DNA from: a bacterium
Lineage (GTDB): Bacteria > Patescibacteriota > Minisyncoccia > Sungbacterales > SURF-37
Length of the DNA: 47,620 nucleotides
Direction of reading: 5' to 3'
NCBI GenBank assembly: GCA_030648055.1
Contig: JAUSHI010000007.1
Coordinates: forward strand, 1-47,620
In this document: positions 9,690 through 18,763 of the stretch, piece by piece
Numbering within the stretch: position 1 is the stretch's first letter
How the letters are laid out: every line of letters starts with the position of its first letter
Notes under the pieces: generated by a model
The model's input: only the letters and a program-made list of their open reading frames with translations
What the model was told of the DNA's origin: nothing
Databases searched by the model: none
Position numbers and translations under genes: made by a program

Positions 9690-10549
9690 AATTTCTTTGT
9701 CATGAATATCGCAATGACGACTCCTATTATAATAATACTCCAATTCTCGTAATTTTCGTACCAGCGAAGCGGATTCTGCGGCGGAATTTTTTCCGTTCGT
9801 ATATTGCCAGCTTTATCAATCGCTTTCACAAAAACATAGCTTTTCAACTTTTGATCTCGTAATACATGCGGGCTTTCCGCTGAAGTCCACCTTGAAAACG
9901 ACCCCAAAATTCTGTGCCGCACCTCTTTTATTTCGTAGCGGTCAATGCCTGATTTTTTATCTTGTGTCGCAAAAACCAAAAACCACTTACCGTCAAATAT
10001 GGCTGGGTCGCGCGCAATCTCTGGCTTAAATGATTCTGGCGGTTCTTCGTCCTTTATCTTTTTCAGAGACAAAGGCAACGCTTGAGCTGTAACCGCAACC
10101 TCAAGAGGAGACGCGGAAATATCAACTTCGCTGCCCGAGCCATCGTTGCGAAGGACTTTTATGCTCTGCATTGCAATCCTGCCGATTCCTTCTTCTTTCG
10201 CCAAAAAAGTAATTTTAAAGATAAGACCTCTTTTGCCAATAAATCCGCCCGGCGTGATGCCGGAAAAAAAGATTTCGTTTGCGGCGCGAAGCGTCGGCCG
10301 TTCTACCCAAAAATTAATAAGAGAGTTCCCGTCGTTTAATTCTTTGAATTCTAAAATGTCAGCCGGAAATCGCAAAATACCCTCAATAGCATTAACGTTC
10401 TCGCTTTCCGCGTTCAAGAAAACGCCGATTTCAAATTCGGTATTCGCCTTAACTTTTCTGGTATCGGCGTCATAAAAAATCTCCGCCGCAAAAAGATGGT
10501 GTGGAAAAAGAAACGATATGCTTAACAAAATAAATAAAATCTTTTTCAT
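9668..10549 (-). CDS. cohesin-domain protein with C-terminal membrane anchor
   Basis: signal peptide; NAIEGILRFP..LEFKELNDGNSLINFWVERP..IFFSGITPGGF; C-terminal TM and basic tail. Confidence 0.75.
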   Translation of the reverse strand: MKKILFILLSISFLFPHHLFAAEIFYDADTRKVKANTEFEIGVFLNAESENVNAIEGILRFPADILEFKELNDGNSLINFWVERPTLRAANEIFFSGITPGGFIGKRGLIFKITFLAKEEGIGRIAMQSIKVLRNDGSGSEVDISASPLEVAVTAQALPLSLKKIKDEEPPESFKPEIARDPAIFDGKWFLVFATQDKKSGIDRYEIKEVRHRILGSFSRWTSAESPHVLRDQKLKSYVFVKAIDKAGNIRTEKIPPQNPLRWYENYENWSIIIIGVVIAIFMTKKLWRKKRT

Positions 10550-10556
10550 ATTTGAT

Positions 10557-12028
10557 TTATCCTGTCCAATAAAATGCCATTATTGAAAAATCAACCAGAT
10601 TAATTTTCCCATCTCCATTAAGATCAATGTTGGCAGGCGGCGAAGGACGCTTATACCAATAAGCCGCGATAGAAAAATCAACCAGATTTACCCTTTTATC
10701 AGAATTCATATCGCCCTTCGCGGCCGCCTTTGGAAGTTCGGCCGCGATATTTTTTGTGCCAACCGAAAAACTAATCGCTTTGCTAAAAGAGCTAATCGCT
10801 CCGTCGCGGGCCGCCTTAGATTTTGTAAAATGCTGACCCATATCAAGTTGGGTTGTATCAAAATTGTAAAGATACGCTCCGTTTGCATCCGCGTTGATTT
10901 TATTAAAAAATTCCTCGTCCGAACTCACAGATATTGTAATTTCGCCACTTGGCGCGCTTTGTCCAAAAATCGCAATGTTATCTCCGCGCTTCACTTCGCT
11001 TTTATCAACCGCGATAGTTGGCGCAATAAAAACACCGCCGATATTAGTCGTGGCGCCGCTCGTTACGCTCACAGGAAAAGTCAAAAGAGAAGACCTTATG
11101 CCTTTTGAATCTTCGCTATAAATGGCAAAAATATAATTTCCGCCAGAAAGACCGCTAATGGTCGTAGAAAAATTTGCGTTGGCGTTAGCTATCGTGGTCG
11201 CGGCTATTTGGGCATCTTTAAGAATAGTGACAGAACTTTTTGGATAAGCCCTTCCGCTAAAACTCACAGCGGTCTGTGGCGCGCTATATCCGCCACCGCC
11301 CCCGCCTCCTCCACCGCCCCCACTACTGGATGGAGTGGGCGTAGGCGTGGGAGCAGGATCGGCCTCATCATTATCGCTTGTTGACGAGCATCCCGGATCG
11401 GCAGAATAATCTGTTTTCCCGTCCCCATCATTATCAACGCCGTCGGAGCATGCCGGCGCTCCCAAAATACCAAACGAACTGAAAGTTGAGGTGGCGAAAG
11501 TAATAGTGTTCGCGGTTGTATCCACCGTGCTTCCAGAAATTAAACTCCATGAAGAATCACTGGCGCCCATGCGATACGGTTTTATTGTGCTTTCATTAAG
11601 TCCGCTCACCTCAGAATCCAAATAATGCATTACAATCGTGGGGGCGGAAGATAAGGTTGATACCGAACCTCCTGTAGTAGTAAAAAAAATGAAATCATAT
11701 GGCTTACCAACAAAGCTTTTGCCGGAAGGCGGAGGTTTTTGCGACTCAAAAGTGGCTTGATCGTATTGAAATATTTTTAGTTCGAGATTCTCTGAATAAA
11801 AATTTGCCGGGAGTGTAAAGTTAACTTGCGTATTGTCAACTGCCGTAAATGTAAAATCCCCGCCACTGCTAAAAGAAAGGGTTGTGGTGGCGGTTTTTTC
11901 AGGAACAAAAGCGGAGATGGTTACTGACCCAGTTGTGGCAAAAACAAAATTATTGGCATAGAACAAACCACCCGCTAAAATAATTATTAAAAATAGGAAA
12001 TTTTTAGTTTTTTTTTACCCCGCATCAT
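10557..12028 (-). CDS. secreted dockerin-domain protein, frameshifted at an A9 tract in its signal peptide
   Basis: C-terminal paired GDMNSDKRVNLVDFSI / DLNGDGKINLVDFSI; CSDGVDNDGDG Ca-binding motif; PT/G linker; ATG 12028 is out of frame with body by one base. Confidence 0.75.
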
Positions 12029-12031
12029 ATT

Positions 12032-13063
12032 TTATTGAAATTTGCCAGCTTGCGCTTTTTTAATAATCCAGCGGTTGTATTTTTTAAGTCCAAACCAGCC
12101 GCCCAGACCCAAAACGGCCAAGATAAGTGCAATGATACTCAACAACTGCCACGGGATAACAAAAAATCGGTAGCTTGTCTCGGCGGTTTTATTGTCGTTA
12201 CCGTAGGTCAGGTTTAATTTCGCGCTGTATAATCCAAACGCAAAATTGCGCCATTGATTGCTGACGGACGAGAAAAATCCGTGGTTTTCTTCTGCGCCCT
12301 CTGCCGGTGACGAAAATACCGCGAGCTTATCCTGCCCTTTTTCAAACCACACGACCTTAAACTTACGAATGCTTCCCGGCAAAACATTGCCATTCCCGCT
12401 ATTGGCATCCAGCGTTGCCGTGGTAAAACCAAATAAGTTTTTAATCTTTAGTTCGCCGGTTGGTTTCACTCGCTCACTCCCATCATTTGAAAAACGATAC
12501 GCAAAAGTTATGGGGAAAAAACTCGCCACCCGACTACCTTCATCTATCTTCAAATCTAAAAGACCGCCGCCTTCTTTCAACTCGCCGGTAACGCTCAAGA
12601 GAACAAGCATGCCAAGTTTTCCGCTCACAGACACCTGTTCTCCTCCTTGTCGCCCCGGCGGAGAGGTGCCCCAAAAAATCGCGGCAAAATACCCGCCAGC
12701 TTCAACGCCTTGAGGTATTTGAATCGTGTAGGGAATTATTTTGCGCTCGTCTGCCTTCAAAACAACATTATCTTGAACAGTGACCCACGAAGCAAGCCCC
12801 TTTGTTGTGTCGGGTAAAAAATAAGGCGCGCCCGAATCGCCACGCGCTTCAAAATTTGCCGCGGAAGAATAAAAAGTTTTTGTTTCGCCCTGCTCGTTAA
12901 AAAGTTCAATTTCGCCACGCAGTGTTTGGCCCGGATCGCCTGCGATCTCCATCCTCACGGGGGAGATTGTCAAAGCCAAAACAGGCCCCGTTAGAAATAC
13001 AAAACCCCCCATTACACATAGGGCTATTATTACATACGACTTTTTTGTGCAACTTTTAATCAT
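12032..13063 (-). CDS. DUF916/DUF3324-like WxL-interacting membrane protein
   Basis: signal peptide then LTISPVRMEI..PGQTLRGEIELFN..LASWV..IPYTIQIP..GGYFAAIF; C-terminal TM; alternative TTG start 13075. Confidence 0.7.
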   Translation of the reverse strand: MIKSCTKKSYVIIALCVMGGFVFLTGPVLALTISPVRMEIAGDPGQTLRGEIELFNEQGETKTFYSSAANFEARGDSGAPYFLPDTTKGLASWVTVQDNVVLKADERKIIPYTIQIPQGVEAGGYFAAIFWGTSPPGRQGGEQVSVSGKLGMLVLLSVTGELKEGGGLLDLKIDEGSRVASFFPITFAYRFSNDGSERVKPTGELKIKNLFGFTTATLDANSGNGNVLPGSIRKFKVVWFEKGQDKLAVFSSPAEGAEENHGFFSSVSNQWRNFAFGLYSAKLNLTYGNDNKTAETSYRFFVIPWQLLSIIALILAVLGLGGWFGLKKYNRWIIKKAQAGKFQ

Positions 13064-13087
13064 AGATGGAAACAATTTCTAACGGGG
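12986..13087. repeat. 102-bp element with perfect 13-bp inverted repeats overlapping a gene start
   Basis: CCCCGTTAGAAAT (12986-12998) / ATTTCTAACGGGG (13075-13087). Confidence 0.7.
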
Positions 13088-13130
13088 TAAACTGAACAAA
13101 AATTTTATAATATCAAATCGCCCCGCCTTG

Positions 13131-13196
13131 TCCCGTTAGAGGTAAATCGCTTTATGCGATCGTAGCTATACATAAACATAGCTGCCTCTAAGGGGA
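13131..13196. repeat. second CCCGTTAGA-family inverted-repeat element
   Basis: TCCCGTTAGAGG / CCTCTAAGGGGA (1 mismatch). Confidence 0.55.
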
Positions 13197-14252
13197 TTAG
13201 AAATTCGCGGTTGCGTTATAAGTTAATGTCGTGGTGTAACTTCCCGCCTCAGTAGAGCCTAAAATGTTGGCAATGTAGGAGAGGGTGCAGGAAGTTGAGT
13301 TGATTCCACTGGCAGAGCTTATAATCGTCTCACCCGTCACAAATTTATAGCTATCAGCGGTGCTGTAGCCGGTCGCGGCAGCGGCAATCGGAGCGGTACC
13401 TGAACATTCCGCGCCCACATTGGGCGTTGCGTTATCTTTGGCGTTGATGCCAAACTGTTCCGTGCCAACAGAACTCGCGGCGGCCGTTGACATAGCGGTA
13501 ATTGTGTTTCCGCCCGAAGTAAGCGTGGTGCCGGAATACGAAAGCGTTAAGCCGGATGCGGCGTTCGTGGCAAGCGTAACCGTGTGCGAGCCGCTCGTAA
13601 CAGCCGCGCTGGACAAAGTGCCTAAGGCAACGGAAGTAGCGCCCAAAGTGAAAGTCATTGACTCGGCTACGGTTCCTGAAACCGCGACTTGATCATCGTC
13701 CAAAATTGAAACAATGATATCGCCGGTGTCTCCGAAAGTACCTGATATACTTATTGTCTTTGCACCGCTGGTCGTAGGATTGGTGGAATTGGTGCTGTTG
13801 TAGGTGATGATTATCTTTTGAGTTGCCGCCAATGTCGCGACACCGACTCCGTCGGTTGGCGCAGTCAAGGTAAGAATACGATTTTGCGTACCAGAAAAGA
13901 CCGCTCCCCAATCGCTGACACCTGGAGTCGCGGCAAGAACTTCTGTAGTTTCCGCGCCAGTTGAGGCGCCGTGAGTGAATGTAACAGTGCTTATCGTTTT
14001 GCTCGTGAAGTTAAAGTCCGCCGGGAAGGTTATTATGATAGTGTCCGTGGATTGTTCCGCGCCTGTTGGGGTAGTGAATTTAATCATATGGCTTGACAGC
14101 GTGCTTATTTTCAAACTTGACATCGTGTCCGATTTAGCGGTCAAAGCAGCGGCAAGAGCAACCTGCGAAAACGGCCCCGCAAAAATCGCAAGCATTGCCA
14201 GAATTAATCCCAAACTTACTACTGTATTTGTTTTTATTGTAATGTGTCTCAT
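13197..14252 (-). CDS. secreted Thr/Ser-rich surface protein with WxL/pilin-like C-terminal domain
   Basis: signal peptide; ends AGSYTTTLTYNATANF; C-terminal ~150 aa paralogous to 14560..17403. Confidence 0.7.
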   Translation of the reverse strand: MRHITIKTNTVVSLGLILAMLAIFAGPFSQVALAAALTAKSDTMSSLKISTLSSHMIKFTTPTGAEQSTDTIIITFPADFNFTSKTISTVTFTHGASTGAETTEVLAATPGVSDWGAVFSGTQNRILTLTAPTDGVGVATLAATQKIIITYNSTNSTNPTTSGAKTISISGTFGDTGDIIVSILDDDQVAVSGTVAESMTFTLGATSVALGTLSSAAVTSGSHTVTLATNAASGLTLSYSGTTLTSGGNTITAMSTAAASSVGTEQFGINAKDNATPNVGAECSGTAPIAAAATGYSTADSYKFVTGETIISSASGINSTSCTLSYIANILGSTEAGSYTTTLTYNATANF

Positions 14253-14352
14253 GTCTTGTTAATTAATTTCGTCTTTGTTAGTTATTTTCGTTCGACCTTA
14301 TATTTACGAAAATAAAAATCCAATCAGCCATAGCCGATTGGACTCAAAATCA

Positions 14353-14389
14353 CCCCAGTAGTAGAACGCCTTGCGTTCACTACGGGGCA
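14353..14389. repeat. REP-like palindrome, second copy of 712-746
   Basis: identical 14-nt arms CCCCAGTAGTAGAA and TTCACTACGGGGCA. Confidence 0.75.
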
Positions 14390-14418
14390 AGAAACTTCTC
14401 CAGAATTTATCTGTGTAA

Positions 14419-14443
14419 AGAGAGAGAGAGAGAGAGAGAGAGA
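14419..14443. repeat. (AG)12 dinucleotide microsatellite
   Basis: 12 perfect AG units plus A, intergenic. Confidence 0.95.
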
Positions 14444-14559
14444 CGGCACGATACACATATCACGTATCACAAAACACATTTTTGAGTGATTTTTGCTCAT
14501 ATTTTGATTTGATTGTACTACAAAAAGGGGTAAGTTATCCATAGCCCGCTATACACAAG

Positions 14560-17403
14560 TCAAAAATTACCAGTAGCAATATAAGTCAAAGTAGTACTAT
14601 AACTCCCGGCTTCAGTGGCGCCGGTAATATTGGCAATATAAGATATTGTGCAAGTGGTGTCGTTGATTGAGCCCGCAGAGCTTACAATCGTCTCGCCCGA
14701 CACGAATTTGAAGTTGTCAATGGTGGCGTACCCTGTTGCCGCCGTGGCAATCGTAGGTGTTCCTGAACATTCCAAGCCAACATTCGGTGTTGCGTTATCT
14801 TTCGCGTTGATGCCAAACTGTTCCGTTCCAACAGAACTCGCGCCAGCCGTTGACATAGCAGTAATGGTGTTCGCGCCCGAAGTAAGTGTTGAACCAGAGT
14901 AAGTTACCACTACGCCATTTGTAGCATTGGTTCCGACAGTAATCGTATGCGAACCCGTTGAAACCGCTCCGCTTGACAATGTTCCAAGATTTACAGAACT
15001 CGCCCCTAAGCTGAAAGTAAGAGTCGGCCCGCCACCGCCGCCCGCGAGCGTCACTTGAGCAACAACATCGGCTGAATTCAAAACTGTCCCTGCGTTCGTC
15101 ACTCTGAAACAATACACGCCTCCGTCCGTAGCATTTGTATTTGCCTGAAAAACATACTCCACTTCGGTATATTGGTTTTGAGCCAAGGTAATTGCGCCTG
15201 ATTGGTTAGAAGTGCTTTCCACCTGATCGCCGGCCACAAAAGTGTATGCTTCCGCATTTGTAAGCTGGGCCGTAGTCGGGTCGCCATCAACATAGAAACT
15301 GCTGCCGCTCAAAGTCATATCAAAATGTTCGGTTGTCGCCGTATCAGGAACCGCGGCGTAGCTCTCCCCCGAATACGCAATGTCGCAAGTGCCACTCTGC
15401 GCCGCCCACTCCAAACGATAATTGTAAGCGGAAGCGCTGCCGCCAGTATTGTCAACTTGAAAACGGAGTCGGATATTTGTGCTTTTGGCGAGGCCCGTAT
15501 GCACCGCATCCTCCGCCTGCGCCCAAGTCGCCGCGGGAACTGTGTAAGTTACTAAAACATACAAAGTTGAAATTTCCGCTTTTGCGCCGCTGCCGGTAAG
15601 CACCAATTCCATAGCATTCATTCTTGTTGTATTGATGCTCAAGCCGGTAAACTGCTGGGTTTTAGTTTGATCTGCGCCACTGATGGCTTGGGCTGACCCC
15701 ATTGAATCCGCAACCCCACATTCAACTGCGTCGCTGGCTATATTGATGCAATATCCTAAAGTGATGCTGGAGTTCGGATTTCCAATATCGTCTGCGCCGG
15801 CAACCGTAATATCAAGTTGGGTCACCGTAACACCTGCCGGAAGAGCGTCATTGGCAAGCGTATAGTAATCTGTCGCGGCGGCAAGCAAAAGTTGAGAAGT
15901 TTCCAAGTCGCTTGTGGGTGCGGTTGCCGAAGTATCCGCAGTATCGTCATCTACACAATCCCACTCGCTTCCAGCAGAACATCCGCTAACGATGCTAAAA
16001 CCTACCGCCCCAAATCCGTTGCCGGTCGGATTGAAATAGAGTGTCTGATTTGTGTCGCCTTGGGGACCGTTATCATTTCGCCAGCGGTAGTGGTCTTGGA
16101 AAACATTGGGCAGAAGATTAAGCGTTGTCGCGCCGGAAATCGCTACAGCGGTGGCGGGGCTCACCACGCCGGCAGAAACGGTCACTTCCGTGGAAGGATC
16201 GGTAATTTCAATCTCAAAAGTATCGGCATTGGGCGCGCCGGACACAACATTTAATTGAACATAAACACAAATCTGGGAAGTGCCGACCGTCATCGCGGCA
16301 TCGCCGGTTATTGCGGCTTTTTCTGAAGCATTAAAACCGACACCCGTGGCGTTAAAAGCCGTGGCGTCGCCGGGAATGGAAGCGGAACAGCTTGCCTCTG
16401 TTTTGTAATATAATTTTACATTGGAAAGATAAGTTTGGGCGACAAGCGAGGCATCCGTCTCACTAATAGTTATGGCGGTAACATTTGCCGTGCCCTCATT
16501 CCTGATAAATGTAAAGGCACCGCCCACATACTGGTTGGTTGAAGGAATATTCATATTGGCGGTCTGGGTGCCAGTTGTTCCTACTGTAATTGTTGATGGC
16601 GCGGGCTTGAGCGCCAAAGAAATCGCGCCCTTATATGTGGTGTTTGCCATCGTCACAGCCGTTGTTGTATATGAGCCGGCACTTGCTTTCTCGCCCGTTG
16701 CCAAACAATGTCCTCCTCCCAGACCTTGTGTGCTGGAGTTATCCGTTCTTTCCTGTATATTTGCCAGATCCGCGTTCGTCCAGCCAGAACATTCAGTGGT
16801 GCTGTTAGCGTTCCTACTTGTCGAAGTTATGAGAACAACCAAAGCGTCTGCTACAGAAGTTGTTGCACCGGGGATAGTACCACTCGTATCATTGGCCGCA
16901 CTGTCATTTCCGCCAGCGCCCGTATCCCACGGATCACCGGAGGTTATTACTCCAGTAAAACAATGTATCTGGCCTTCGGTGTTATTGATAGAATCCGCGA
17001 CTACCGGCGCGGAATCACCACCGACTGTGCGTTTCCAATACAATGCCAACATAGAAGCCGGGTCTGTGGCAGCCGTCCCTGCGCCTTGCGGCGACCACGT
17101 AGGAACTTCAACAAACCCGTTTGCTGTGGTCAGTGTAATCGCTTGGTTTTCTGATGATACGGCAAGCAGACAAACATCGTTAGCCGCCATGTCCGCGGGA
17201 TACGGCGGTGTTATCGCGCCGGTTCCTGCCGTAAAAGTGCCTGATGAACGATATCCCGGCAACGCCGCCAGTGCTTTCTGAATTCCCGGCGGAAAATTGA
17301 AAATCTGCGGCCAGCCGGAAAAAATCCACGAAAAAACTAAAATTGTCACCAGAAAAAATCTGAAAATTTTAAATTTAGTTTTCCACAGCTTGGCTCTTGA
17401 CAT
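14560..17403 (-). CDS. large secreted multidomain adhesin-like protein with WxL/pilin-like C-terminal domain
   Basis: signal peptide, 947 aa Thr/Ala/Gly-rich beta modules; ends AGSYSTTLTYIATGNF. Confidence 0.7.
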   Translation of the reverse strand: MSRAKLWKTKFKIFRFFLVTILVFSWIFSGWPQIFNFPPGIQKALAALPGYRSSGTFTAGTGAITPPYPADMAANDVCLLAVSSENQAITLTTANGFVEVPTWSPQGAGTAATDPASMLALYWKRTVGGDSAPVVADSINNTEGQIHCFTGVITSGDPWDTGAGGNDSAANDTSGTIPGATTSVADALVVLITSTSRNANSTTECSGWTNADLANIQERTDNSSTQGLGGGHCLATGEKASAGSYTTTAVTMANTTYKGAISLALKPAPSTITVGTTGTQTANMNIPSTNQYVGGAFTFIRNEGTANVTAITISETDASLVAQTYLSNVKLYYKTEASCSASIPGDATAFNATGVGFNASEKAAITGDAAMTVGTSQICVYVQLNVVSGAPNADTFEIEITDPSTEVTVSAGVVSPATAVAISGATTLNLLPNVFQDHYRWRNDNGPQGDTNQTLYFNPTGNGFGAVGFSIVSGCSAGSEWDCVDDDTADTSATAPTSDLETSQLLLAAATDYYTLANDALPAGVTVTQLDITVAGADDIGNPNSSITLGYCINIASDAVECGVADSMGSAQAISGADQTKTQQFTGLSINTTRMNAMELVLTGSGAKAEISTLYVLVTYTVPAATWAQAEDAVHTGLAKSTNIRLRFQVDNTGGSASAYNYRLEWAAQSGTCDIAYSGESYAAVPDTATTEHFDMTLSGSSFYVDGDPTTAQLTNAEAYTFVAGDQVESTSNQSGAITLAQNQYTEVEYVFQANTNATDGGVYCFRVTNAGTVLNSADVVAQVTLAGGGGGPTLTFSLGASSVNLGTLSSGAVSTGSHTITVGTNATNGVVVTYSGSTLTSGANTITAMSTAGASSVGTEQFGINAKDNATPNVGLECSGTPTIATAATGYATIDNFKFVSGETIVSSAGSINDTTCTISYIANITGATEAGSYSTTLTYIATGNF

Positions 17404-17464
17404 AGAATATGGGTTTGCTATACTAATAATGTCAAACCTCTCCTCGCTTCGGCGAGGGGATTTT

Positions 17465-17977
17465 TTATTTATAGTAAGAAATCTGATCTTTTAGCTTCTT
17501 TATATTGACATACTTGGCGCGTTCTATGAGTTCTCTGGAAACATGATGCTTCGTTGACATCACAATCACTCGTTTTTTCTTTTCTTTAAGCTCGTCGAGC
17601 AAGGGCGCAAAATCGCTATCTCCCGACATAAGAATACAAGTATCGAAATTATCGGCATTTTTTAGTGCGTCAATAATCAATTCAGCGTCGAGATTTCCTT
17701 TCCATTCATAAACATTCCTGCTAATTTTTATTCGCTTAACTTCTTTTGCTCTGACTTGATACCCAAAAGATTTTAATTTCTCCAAAAATGAATTTTGTTT
17801 GTGGTTTTCACCAACATGACCAGTGTAAAAATATATCCCTTTTAAATCGCACTCTTTTTCAAAGTATTCTTTCAGTTTCTTATAATCCACCCGCCAACGC
17901 AAAGTTTGCTGCGAGTAGAGAATATTCGCAGCATCGACAAAAACATAAACCCTGCCTTTAACGAATTGACCAATCAT
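17465..17977 (-). CDS. NYN domain (LabA/DUF88, PIN-fold) protein
   Basis: VFVDAAN, KGNLDAEL, LMSGDSDFAPLL; start set to ATG 17977 (ORF-track extension runs through a repeat). Confidence 0.85.
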   Translation of the reverse strand: MIGQFVKGRVYVFVDAANILYSQQTLRWRVDYKKLKEYFEKECDLKGIYFYTGHVGENHKQNSFLEKLKSFGYQVRAKEVKRIKISRNVYEWKGNLDAELIIDALKNADNFDTCILMSGDSDFAPLLDELKEKKKRVIVMSTKHHVSRELIERAKYVNIKKLKDQISYYK

Positions 17978-18021
17978 CAACTTTATTATATCAAGTTGAT
18001 TGAAATAATGAAGCAACCGCC

Positions 18022-18281
18022 AAAAAATTCGCCAGCCAAAGCGAGGACGGCGCGGGATTCCTCCCCTTGAACCCCTCCTCCCGCGCCGTCCGAGCAAAAA
18101 AAGAGGCCAGCCCCGCCGCCTGCTCGTTCAGAGCAGAGCCAAGCAAATACTCTTTTCCTTTTTAGAAGAATTTTTGGGTGGAGCGCGCAAATCAGAAATG
18201 CGGAGAACATTTTTCTGCGGGGCACGCGAGCGACAGCTCGCGGCGGCGGGGCGAAGTGAGCGGATTTTGTCAGGAATTTTT
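18022..18281. repeat. ~260-bp GC-rich multi-hairpin element
   Basis: perfect IRs 18045-18057/18079-18091 (13 bp) and 18110-18120/18242-18252 (11 bp); CAAAAAATTC...GAATTTTTG ends. Confidence 0.55.
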
Positions 18282-18371
18282 GATAAAAAAGTGGGTTTGA
18301 GCGCAGTCGTAAAGATACTCCGGGATTGAACCGGGGGCCTGCACGACACTTGCCCCGCACAAAATTATTTT

Positions 18372-18444
18372 AGCCGATGGTCGGATTCGAACCGACGACC
18401 CACGCTTTACGAAAGCGTTGCTCTACCAGCTGAGCTACATCGGC
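18372..18444 (-). tRNA. tRNA-Thr(CGT)
   Basis: GCCGATG acceptor, ACGCT-TTCGTAA-AGCGT anticodon arm, GTTCGAATC T loop. Confidence 0.95.
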
Positions 18445-18446
18445 AT

Positions 18447-18478
18447 AAAAAATGAGCGGTGTAATTATACCGCTCATT
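18447..18478 (-). terminator. intrinsic terminator
   Basis: AATGAGCGGT/ACCGCTCATT stem with U tract on minus strand. Confidence 0.65.
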
Positions 18479-18684
18479 CACGCTTTTTTCAATTCCCATT
18501 TAGTTTCGCCCGCACGCCCTCCAATACATCGCACATACCTATCTGAAAGAGCTCCTAATGTTTGAGCAACTCCATTAACATGCAAATTTGTTTTCTCCGC
18601 TATTTGTCTGGATGTGGCGACCCCGCCCAAATCTCCCAACGTGGCCAAAATTAGCTTTTGGCGTTTCTTCAAGCGTGCCGGCAT
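18478..18684 (-). CDS. small winged-HTH protein
   Basis: AAGGAGG RBS; ILATLGDLGGVATSRQIAEKTNLHVNGVAQTLGAL...TKWEL. Confidence 0.6.
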   Translation of the reverse strand: MPARLKKRQKLILATLGDLGGVATSRQIAEKTNLHVNGVAQTLGALSDRYVRCIGGRAGETKWELKKA

Positions 18685-18763
18685 TATCCCGCCTCCTTTT
18701 TAATATATGACAGAACACAAAAAGCATACCATTTCTTTATTGCCGCGCAAACGAAACTTGGCG

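Noticed and set aside
18311-18346. tRNA-like T-arm fragment (CCGG-TTCAATC-CCGG, minus strand) downstream of tRNA-Thr
   Set aside because: Only a 4-bp stem, no acceptor or D arm and no match to the tRNA-Thr 3' end
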